The notes under the pieces were generated by a model. That model saw nothing but the letters and a program-made list of their open reading frames with translations. It did not search any database and was not told the DNA's origin. A DNA stretch of 64,000 bases from a virus (Duplodnaviria; Caudoviricetes), in the IMG/VR virus record IMGVR_UViG_3300036790_000196, positions 975 to 64,974 of that record. One strand, written 5' to 3'. The position numbers and the translations under genes were made by a program. The stretch's first letter is position 1, and each line of letters opens with the position of its first letter. Shown here piece after piece: positions 37,371 through 46,800 of this stretch.

Positions 37371-37675
37371 TTGATCCCTGAATTGAACGTAGGTGGGTAA
37401 GCGATCCTTGCCAGACGACGCAGCGCCAGAGTGGGGCGCGGCCCTCCCATGGGCGCTCTGGTTGCTACCATGTCGCTTGGCAAGGAAGTACCCGCAGCGG
37501 AGGCCAGCCCTAGGACCGGGGCGCGGCGTCTGTACAAACGTGGTACCGGTCTCAAAACTGTCTGTACGGGTGTCCGCTACGGTGGCCCCTCCAACTAGAC
37601 GCAGCAGCACGCGCTGGAAATCAAGACGTGACAGCCCGCAGGTGTAGCGCCCTGCACGTTCAATTCAGGGATCAA
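37371..37675 (+). ncRNA. Putative ~305-nt structured non-coding RNA of unknown class
   Basis: Perfect 20-bp terminal inverted repeat, nested internal helices, upstream promoter, no credible ORF. Confidence 0.7.
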
Positions 37676-37718
37676 CCCCATCTTGACTCGCGCCACGCGC
37701 CTGTCGTAGAACCGTCCC

Positions 37719-37934
37719 ATGGCTGACAACTGGATTCAGGCCAGCGGGGTTTCAAAAAACAAGGGCGGCCTTCACCGCGCCCTCGGAGTGCCATCTGGCG
37801 AGAAAATCCCCTCCTCCAAGCTCTCCAGCGCCCTCAAGTCGGCCAATCCCCACCTGCGCCACATGGCCCGCTTCGCCGCGAACGTGAAGGGGCTTGGCGG
37901 CAGGAAAAAGACGAAGCGGCTGTTTGGAAGATAG
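37719..37934 (+). CDS. Small basic phage protein (WIQ...GLH..LGVP.GEKIP family)
   Basis: Recognisable motif; TTGACT box at 37683. Confidence 0.8.
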   Translation: MADNWIQASGVSKNKGGLHRALGVPSGEKIPSSKLSSALKSANPHLRHMARFAANVKGLGGRKKTKRLFGR

Positions 37935-38085
37935 CACCATGCCGGGGTCGGTACCCGGCCGCGAGGCCCGTGTGGCAGTCGGTCTGCCCTCCGATGAAAC
38001 AGCGCGGCAGTTGCCTTAGAATTTGGGTTTCCCCTTCAGCTTCCTGCTGTCACGCGCCGGCGCATCCGGCGAGATGGTGAGAGTG

Positions 38086-38571
38086 TCATGTTCCCGGCTC
38101 GATGTACCGGCCCTGCCCGTCACGCCACGGCGTCTCCTTCTCGACGACCCTCCATCCCGGCGACGGCTTTGCGGGTTCGCACGGCCCGCGATCGTCCCAT
38201 CGCGGCATCACCGAAAGGTCGAGGTAAGGTCCCTCGGCCCCTCGGTTCGTGAAGTGGAGCGAGTAGGCGTTACGTCCATGCGCCTTGCGCGTCGGATTCA
38301 TATCCTTCCAATAGTGGTCCAACTCGGCGTGATGGATGCAGGTCCCGGTCGCCTCGCGCATCGCGGCCACCAGTTCGGCCTCCGGCGCGGCCCCCTCGGT
38401 CCACGGAACGGCCACCATGTCGAGGTCTGTGCTCATGGAGCCGTGGACAGCCAAGCAGTAGCCCTTGGCGCGGGCAACCTTCGTGAGCAGCGGCACCAGC
38501 ATCGCGTAGGCCGCAGCGATACCGGAGAACGCCATGCGCGGAGGCTTCTCCAATGTGCGGTCGTCAACCAT
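38086..38571 (-). CDS. Nucleotidyltransferase-fold protein
   Basis: GY.LAVHGS...DLDMVAVPW (GS...DxD), third Asp in YLDLSVMP. Confidence 0.7.
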   Translation of the reverse strand: MVDDRTLEKPPRMAFSGIAAAYAMLVPLLTKVARAKGYCLAVHGSMSTDLDMVAVPWTEGAAPEAELVAAMREATGTCIHHAELDHYWKDMNPTRKAHGRNAYSLHFTNRGAEGPYLDLSVMPRWDDRGPCEPAKPSPGWRVVEKETPWRDGQGRYIEPGT

Positions 38572-38572
38572 G

Positions 38573-40822
38573 TCATGCCGCCTGCGCCCCCGCCGACAGC
38601 GCTCCGGCAGGCTTTGCCGCCTGCGTCATCTGCGCCGGGGCGACGCCGTTGCCGACGTTGCCGATGTCGCTCCCGCCCGCTGGCTGCTCTCCCGGGGGCG
38701 CGGACGGGGCCTGCTGCGGCACGATCACCTCGTCGGCGTTCGCCTGCGGGTCCAGGATGCGAAGCTGCCTGCGGTAGAGGCTGCACAGGATGACCTGCAA
38801 GTTGGGCGGGTTGGTGTAGTAGTCCTTCACGAGCGCGACCGCCTGCGAGGATAGCTGGAGAATCTGCTGGTTCCTGTGCGTCGTTAGCTCGATGTCGCAG
38901 CGGAGGCGAAGGCCCCGAACGTCGTCCGCCGTCATCATGTCCACCCCGTCCGTCTCGCCCTCGCAGAAGATGCGGAACTCGTCGGGGTCAAGGTTCGCAA
39001 GGACGACGCTGATCTCGCGGTTGAGTATCCCCGTGAGCGGGTCGGTCAGGTCCTCGAGTATCGGCATGAACAGCTCGTCGCCCGACTGCTCGATCTGCAT
39101 GATCCCCGTCGCCAGCTTGGCCGACTGCATCCCGGCCGCCTGATTGTCGTTCGCGTTCGTGACGCCGCTCTCATTCATCGCAAGCTGCATGAAGTACTGG
39201 ATCATCGTGTGGAGCGCCTCGAACTTGGTGTCGTTCAGATAGACGACCTCCACGCAGTCCTCGGCCTTCATGTTCTGCTTCTTCGTGTACGTCCCGCCGA
39301 AGTTCATCTTGAGCGAGGGGTCGCGGTCGCCCTCCAGCGTGTTCTTTGGGCTCCAGAAAAGGACGTAGCCCGCGCGGCTCTGGGAGAAGTTCCAGCGGTT
39401 CACCATGAGATCCACGATGGTCTGGTAGCAGTCGAAGTACTCCATGATCCCCTGCCCGTACCAGCGGCCCTCGATGGGCTTGATCCTCACGATCTCGATG
39501 GGGCGAAGGCCGTCGGTCGTCACGTTCGCAACGTGGTCGTAGAAGATGGGCTTCTGGGAAGCCCTGTCCGCGATCAGCATGATGTTCTCCGCGATCCCGT
39601 CGCCGTTCGCGTCCCACCAGAGGTAGAACTCGATGAACTCCGCGACGGGCCCGGGACCGCCGCCGGGGGTGGCCGGGAGCGGCGTCATGGACTCCAGCGG
39701 GCGGATGGCAAGGTCCACCGCGGCCTTGGGCTCCTGGCTGTTCTGGTCCAGCGTGCGAAGGAGCGCGATCATCTTGTGCGTCGCGCTGGCGCGGCCCTGC
39801 GGGTTGTCGTCCACCATCCCGCGCTTCACGATCAAATCCACGAACTCGGCCACCTGCTTGTCGTAGATATGGTAGCAGGTGTCGGCCTCCTGCACGCTTG
39901 CCGCCGTCTGGGGGAGGCCAAAGTCCTTGTAGTAGATGGGCTCGCTTACCGCGCCCTCGAACAGCACCTGCCTGCGGGTGAGGGGCACCTTCTGGTAAAC
40001 CGGCGCGTCCGGCTGCGGGGTCACGCCGTCGGAAGCCAATACCTTCGTGCCAAGCCCGTCCTCCTTGTCCTGCCACTTGGCGTCCTCCGTGATGGTGTTG
40101 CCCTTCTGGTCGCGCATCGGCGTCACCTTTCCGGGCTCGCTGTTGACATCCACCAGCACGCGGGCCTCGGTGTCGAATATCTGGTCGCGCACCACGTAGG
40201 TCGTCTTGACCGCGCACTCGCCAAGGATGAGCGCCTGCGTGATGGCGCGGCCCATGTTGACCTTCGTCTTTCCCTCCTTGGCCTTCATGCGGCAGTAGCG
40301 CTCGATGAGGTCAATCTGCGCGTCCTCCAGCGGGTCGGCCTGCCCCGGCCACGGCTCGGCGGAAAACCACGGGTCGCTCCCAAAGAGCGCCTTCTTGGCG
40401 CGCGCTATCATCTGGGCGCAGATGCGCCGTGACAGGGGGACCGCGATGTTGGACGACATGAAGATGTTCTCGACGCCCATCGTGTAGGGGCGCCATGACA
40501 CGTCGTTCATGAAGGTGGCGTCGAAGCGGCTCCTTTTCCCGAGGAACGTCATCGCCGGGAGAAGCCCCTGCGCCGCCGCCTGAAGGTTCGGCGTCGGCTG
40601 GAGGTTGGCCCACCACGTCGGTTGCAGCGTCTGGTCGCGGCCGAGTTCGTTGCTGATGTCCTTGAAGCGCCGGAACGCATGGTCCAGCATCTGCGTCTCC
40701 TGCTCCCGGGTGAGCTTCAGCCCCCCCTGGAACGGCACCTGCGGCTCCTTCTGGTCGGAGGGTGGCATCGGCCCTGCCGCCTTCGCGGCGTCGTGGATGA
40801 AGTCTGCGGTTGGGGAATCCAT
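38573..40822 (-). CDS. Portal protein (podophage type)
   Basis: 749 aa; D.NGDG..E, RWYG.G..E, TG...I motifs; position in head operon. Confidence 0.85.
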   Translation of the reverse strand: MDSPTADFIHDAAKAAGPMPPSDQKEPQVPFQGGLKLTREQETQMLDHAFRRFKDISNELGRDQTLQPTWWANLQPTPNLQAAAQGLLPAMTFLGKRSRFDATFMNDVSWRPYTMGVENIFMSSNIAVPLSRRICAQMIARAKKALFGSDPWFSAEPWPGQADPLEDAQIDLIERYCRMKAKEGKTKVNMGRAITQALILGECAVKTTYVVRDQIFDTEARVLVDVNSEPGKVTPMRDQKGNTITEDAKWQDKEDGLGTKVLASDGVTPQPDAPVYQKVPLTRRQVLFEGAVSEPIYYKDFGLPQTAASVQEADTCYHIYDKQVAEFVDLIVKRGMVDDNPQGRASATHKMIALLRTLDQNSQEPKAAVDLAIRPLESMTPLPATPGGGPGPVAEFIEFYLWWDANGDGIAENIMLIADRASQKPIFYDHVANVTTDGLRPIEIVRIKPIEGRWYGQGIMEYFDCYQTIVDLMVNRWNFSQSRAGYVLFWSPKNTLEGDRDPSLKMNFGGTYTKKQNMKAEDCVEVVYLNDTKFEALHTMIQYFMQLAMNESGVTNANDNQAAGMQSAKLATGIMQIEQSGDELFMPILEDLTDPLTGILNREISVVLANLDPDEFRIFCEGETDGVDMMTADDVRGLRLRCDIELTTHRNQQILQLSSQAVALVKDYYTNPPNLQVILCSLYRRQLRILDPQANADEVIVPQQAPSAPPGEQPAGGSDIGNVGNGVAPAQMTQAAKPAGALSAGAQAA

Positions 40823-40823
40823 A

Positions 40824-43800
40824 TTAGTGTACGCCCGCCATGCGGCCTATCTGCTCCCTCACCTTTTTCCTCTCCGTCTCCTCGACCCGGCGAACCTCGT
40901 TCTGCACGGCGGCGTCCGTCTTTCCGTAGAAGCCGGGACGCAGGGCGTCAAGCCGCGCCTTTATGAGGCGACCGCTCACGGTCTTGTAGAAGTTGAACTC
41001 CTTGTCGGTCATCGTCCGGTTGCCGAGCTTCGTCTGGCGCTCCGGCTCGGAGGGCGCGATGTTGCGGTCACTGAGGGCTTTTCGCAGCGGGTCGGCCTTC
41101 TGGGCAGAGGCGATGCGCTGCTCCGGGGAGTAGGTCACGGCGTCGCCGAGGGCGTCGGTTCGGACGGGGAGAGTCCTGCGAAGGAACGGCACCTGCGCCT
41201 TGGCGATGTCCTTCATGGACGACGCCTCGCGCTCGCGGGGGTCGAGCGCCTGATCTATCTGCCGGACCGCCGAAGGGACGACCGTAGAGGAGCCGGTTGC
41301 GGCGAGGAAGCGCCCCATCTTGGCAGCCCCGGTCTTGCCGCTCGCTATCTCGGCCAGGTTGGAAAGCCCCTCCAGCATGGGGGTGTCGACGAAGGATTTG
41401 CCAATGCCCGCAACGGCGTCCGCGACTTTATTTCCCAGCAGCAGCTGGTCGGGGGTTTTCTCGTAGCGCAGCGCATCTGCCACATTGCCGACGATAGCCA
41501 TCGGGACGGCGAGCGGAGTGTACATGCTGTTGAACCATCTCCCGTCCACGCGGAATGAGTGCGGCCTTTTACCCTGTTGCTGCAGCTCGACCCTGTGCGC
41601 CATGTCCACCGGCCCGTTTCCTGTTATGTCAAAGCCCGTGTCGTCGCCCTTTTTCTTTGAGAGAGCTGCGTGGAGGGTCACACCCATCAGGAGGCTTCCT
41701 GCCGCCGCCTTCACCAGCAACCGATTCCTCTCGTCGGCGTCGGGCATGGAATGAACCCCCTCGGCATCCCGAGTGCCAGCCAAGGCCCGCTTTGCCCCGT
41801 ATCCAGCCCAATTAACCGACTCGTTGAGCAGGTTCGTAGGGACCTTCATGAAAGGCAGGAAAGGCTTCAGGATGGGGACGCCTGCGACCTTAACCCTGTT
41901 ATCCACCCCGTCCTTGATCCAGCGGTACATGACACCCATGAGGCCAGTCGGCTCATTGGCATAGACGCTTTCCCTCGAGAACCTGTCGGCAGACGCTGCT
42001 GCAGCAGCGCCCTCCGGCGAGGACAAACGGTGCTCCTGCATGAGTTGGGCCACGCGGAGCCCCGCGTCGGCACCCTTGAAGCCCTCGCCTTCAGCCTGCT
42101 CCTTGAAGCCGTCAAATTGCTCCCGGGTGATCCCAAGCGTCTCCTTTACCTTGCTGTCAAGGTCCTTGCCCGAGTAGTCGCCCTCCAGAAGCTTCGTCGC
42201 CGCGAGGCGGGCATAGGCTTCGCGGGCCGGGACGGCGAACATCGCCTCCAGCGCCCGGAAGGTGCGCGGCACGTACTTCATGACGCCGGGGTACACCGCG
42301 GCCTTTCCCGTGAGATCCTCCAGGTCGGACATGCGGCGCGGGTCCGGGCTCTTTGCCGTCACGTCGCCCCCCTTGGCCGCGTCGAAGTCGATTGACCCAC
42401 GCCCGGACTTCATGACGGACGCGGCCCGCTCCAGCCCCTCTGGCACGCCCGAGAGCCAGCCCTTCAGGAGTTCCGGGGCCTTCGCCGGGTTGGCCGTGAT
42501 CGCAGCCCCCATCTGCCCGATGCCGTTCGTGATGTCGCCAAGCGCCTTCACCGGCACCGTTAGCCCGGACAGCATGTTGGCGTACCAGAGGCTTGTGCCG
42601 GTGCGAATCGCCTTCGACAGGGTTCCGGGGTCGCGGGCCTTGTGGAGTTCCGTGGCGAGGTCCAATGTCGCCCTTGCGCGCGAGGCCACATCCGGCGCAC
42701 GTTCCACGGAGTCGGCGAGGTCGCCTATCTTTTGAACCTGCTCCGGCGTGGCCTGCGGCAAATGGAGTTCCTGCACCACGGCGTCGTGGACGTCGGCGCG
42801 GGTCATGGCACCAAGATTGGAGAGCGTCTTGGCCTTCTGGACGGCGGAGAACACCTGCTTCGCCCGCGTGCTGTTGGTGAACTTCTCCTTCAGCCTTTCC
42901 AGCGCCTTCTCGCGTTCCTGTGCGTAGATTTCCTTCGCGCGGTCGGTCAGGTCGCTGGCAAGCCGCGTCGCATCGGCCCCGCTTATCCCTGCGTCCTTCA
43001 CGAGGGCGTCCGCGATGTCGCCCGCCTTGATGTCGGTCTTCGTGATGTGCTGGCGGGCAATGTCCGCCGCCTTGTCGCCCATCGCGTCATGCGCGGTCTT
43101 GATCGCCTTCGTCAGCAGGCGGTCGCTCCACGGGCGCAGTTCCAGGTTGGAAAGCTGGGTGTCAACGAGGTCAACCGGAGGTGAGCCTTCCCCGTACTTC
43201 TTCGCCATTTCGTCGCGGACGGTCGTCAGCACTTGACCGTAACGCTCACGGTTGTCCATCGCCTCCTTCATGACCTCCATCGCGGTCGGGGGCGGCTTGC
43301 CTTCGGGCCTCTCGGGGAGCAGCCCCTTGAAGCGACCCTTCATTTCCGCGATGATCCGGTCGGCGAACTCCTTCAGCGGAGCCTGCTCCTTCGGGGGCTC
43401 GGCGCTGGAATCGACCAGCTTTATCATCTGCGCCGCTGCGTCCTCGCGGTACTTCTGCCAAGCGGACTTGCCGACCTTGAGTTTCCGCAGGCTCTTTCGC
43501 ATCTCGTCCGATGCCTTGTCGATCGCGTCCTCCTTGGCCTTCTCAACGGCGTCGCTCGCCTCGTCCAGCGCCTTCTTGCCGTCGTTGCCGAGCTTCCTCT
43601 CCTGAGCCTCGGAAACGTCTGACAAGTGCTGGTCAACGGCGTGGCCGCGCTCCGACTTGCCGATTTGCTGGAACATGGAGATTCCCTGACCGACCTCCGT
43701 CGCCTGCGGGGCCTTGACGGTCGAGAGCGCCTGACGTGCTCGAAGGGCCGCAGCCTTTTCAGCCGGCGTCTTGGCATCGAAGAACTTCTGGTCCGCCGCC

Positions 43801-46800
43801 TGCGCGAGCTTCACGTAGATGGCGGTCTTGACCGGCTCCGGCACGCCGTTGTCGGCCTTGGAGGTGGAGAGACGCAGGGCCTCGTCCGGTCCCTTGGCGT
43901 CGATGATGGCCTGCGCGCTGTCGAGGTCCGGCTGCTGCCCGCGCCTCTGGTAAACCTGCCGCACGATGTCCTCGTTCGCCGTCCGCTCCGTGTCCGGCAG
44001 GCTGCGGTAGTAGTTGCCCTTGCCGGGGGCCTTCTCCGGCTTCTGCGCCTGCGCCGCCTCCTCCGGCGCGTGCTTCATGATCGCGTCGTGCAGGTCTTGC
44101 AGGTGCGGGCGAATCTTATCGCCAAACTCCTTCACCATCTCGGCGCTCCACTTGGCGAAGTCGCGGACGCCGCGCTCGGCTATTGCGACGCCCTTGACGG
44201 CGATGGCTGCGTACTCTTGGGGCGTGCCGAGGCCGAGATTGCGCGCCTTCTTGCCGATGTCCTTGATTACGCTATCCGCCCACGCCTCGGCCTTGGAGCC
44301 TGAGACTACGCCCTTCTCCGGAGTGGTGACTCCAGCGGCCGGCAATCCGGGTCCTGGCAGCTCGCCTCGATCCCGAACTCCACCAGATCCCCCGGACCCG
44401 ATTTCCTTTGGGGACAGGGTGATTGGGGATTCGCCATCCTTTTTCCGCTTGGCGTTGATAATGGACTCAGCCTCGCTGATCCGATCAAGCGCCCCCTGAT
44501 GGTACTCACCTTCCTTGACATCACGGAAAGGTAGCACGGCAGGCGAAGAAACGTCAATACCCTTCGGGAGTCCCCAACTGGAGCCCTCGGCCTTCGCTGC
44601 CACATTAGCAGTCTTGGACGGGGTTGTGACTTCCGGCTCGACCTTGTGCTCCGCCAGTTCCTCTGGCGTCAGTTTCGGGATTGCCTTGGTCGGGATTGTC
44701 GGGGGCCGCAGTTCCGCGCCGCCAAACTTCCGGTCGATCTTCTTCTGAAACGCCTCCAGCGCCTCCTTGACTTTCGGTACACGGAAAGTCCCGTCGCCCG
44801 GAACGTCGATTGTTACGGTGGCGGGGTATTTGTCGTAGAAAGCCTTCTGCGCCGCGTCCTTGTCGGCCAGCGTCTTTGCGCGTTCACCCGCCTTGCCTGC
44901 CTCGGCCAAGTCCTTCTCGAAATCGGGCGCGCTTGGTGCGTCCTTCAACGCCTCCGTGATTGCGTCCCCGATGAACGCCTTCTGCGCCTTGATCTGCTTC
45001 GGGGTGGCCAGTTTCGAGACGGCGGCCTCCGCGTGGGGCGTCGGCGTGATCTTCGTATCCTTGCCGTCCTTCTCCACGACCGCGTGCGGCTGCTCCTCCG
45101 CAGGGCGCGTCTCCTTCGGACCCTCGCCGGTCTTGGCCTTCTCGAAGGCACTGACTTCGGGGAGCAGTTTGCGGACGGGCGCGTCCAGTTGCGTGACGGG
45201 AATGTTATCCACGCCGTCCGTCTTGTCGGCCATCCACTGATGGTGCCCGTCCACGATGTAGCCGTCCTTGGAGACGAGGATCTTCCGGTCGCTCCCCTTG
45301 TGCTCACGGGCCGCCTGCACCTTCTCGGGCGAGAACTCGGCCTGCGTGGGCTTCAGGTCGGCGACCTTCATCATGCGGTTCTTGGAAGCGATGCCCTTCT
45401 CCTTGAGGGATTCGACCAGCGCGGGGCGGTCCTCGCTCTTTACCTGCGGCATCTCGCCCCTCGGCACGTCCAAGGACTTCTCGCTTGCGGGGAACTTCTG
45501 CCAGGTGGGCTCGCCTTTCGCAGGCGTCAGCCCTTCGCCGACGGCTCCGCTGTCACCCCCGGCGGGTGCGCCGGCCCCGGCGGGTTCTGCGGGACGCTCT
45601 GCACCTCGTGCATCTGCCGGTGCATTTGGAACATCCTCTCGTGGTGCGCCGCCTCGTTCCGGTGATACGCCGCCCTCTCGTGGTGCTCCTTCATCCGGCT
45701 GTGGTGCGACATTTCCGCGAGGTGGTTCGGCCTCGACGGCGGCTGCTCCTCCACTGTCCGCTTGTCGAACAGCTTGCGGGTTTTTCGGCTCACCTTGGGG
45801 GGCGGCGCCTCGGGCGTTGTCCCCGCTTTCGCTAGGGCGCTGAACAGTTTCTTGGGCATTGGTTGGTTCTCCTTGTTTGGCCGCCTCGTCGGTCGGCAGT
45901 TTGCTGACGTCGATTCCCTGCTTCTCTAATTCGCTGCGGGTCACGGTGACGCCGCGGGGCTCGCCGGGGAGCGTGACCTGCCAGTGGTCCTCCGGCTGGC
46001 CCACGCCCTTCAGCACAGGCTCCTTCTTGCCGAGGTACGTCACCTTGGCGTCTGGGGGAAGGGAGCCTTTGGCGGCTGCGGCAGGTTTCGCGGCCTCTGC
46101 CGGTTTCGTGGCCTCCGCAGGCTTCATGCCCTCCTTGAGGATTTCGGCACGAAGGTCGTCCTCCATCTGCGGGGCGTGGGCTTCGGGCTCCGCCGTCCCC
46201 GGAGGCGCTTCCTTTGGCGGCGGACCCTTCGGCGGGGGCGCGGCAGGCTGCGGGGCGGGCTCGGTCGCGGGAGGGGCCTCGGCGGGGGCTTCCGGTGCCT
46301 CAACCGGCCCCGCGTGCGGTTCGCCCTTTGCGAGTCCCTTCGTTCCGTGCGCCGCTGCCGCCGTCATGGCTGCGGAGAGGATGGCCCCGGCGATGGCCTT
46401 CGCCTTGTCGGCGCGGGTCGCCTTGGGGTCATGAAGGGCAGCGTAGGCCGCCTGCGTCTGCTTGAGCGTGTCATGCGCCCCCTCTGCCGTGAAGCCTGCC
46501 AGAGCGCCCACCTGCGCGCCCTTTGCGACCATGGCTAGGCGTGTTCCCGCCGCAAGGTCGCCGACTATGCCAGCACCCCCCGTTGCCGCCATGAGGGCGA
46601 CGTTGGCGGGCGATGTGAGCCCTGCCGCGAACTCGCTGGCTGCGTTTGCGATGCCGGGGACGGCCCCCGTGCCATGGGCTTTCGGGATCGTGTAAAGCGC
46701 GCCAGTCGTCCCTGCGGACTCGCTGCCGATGAGAGGCTTAGGTGATGGGGTCTTTGCATTCGCCTGCATCAAAGCCTCCAGTAATGTCCCGGGCCTCCGG

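Noticed and set aside
37371-37675. MITE/IS with terminal inverted repeats, or tmRNA/tRNA
   Set aside because: No target-site duplication, transposase or second copy; no tRNA-like acceptor or T-arm recognised
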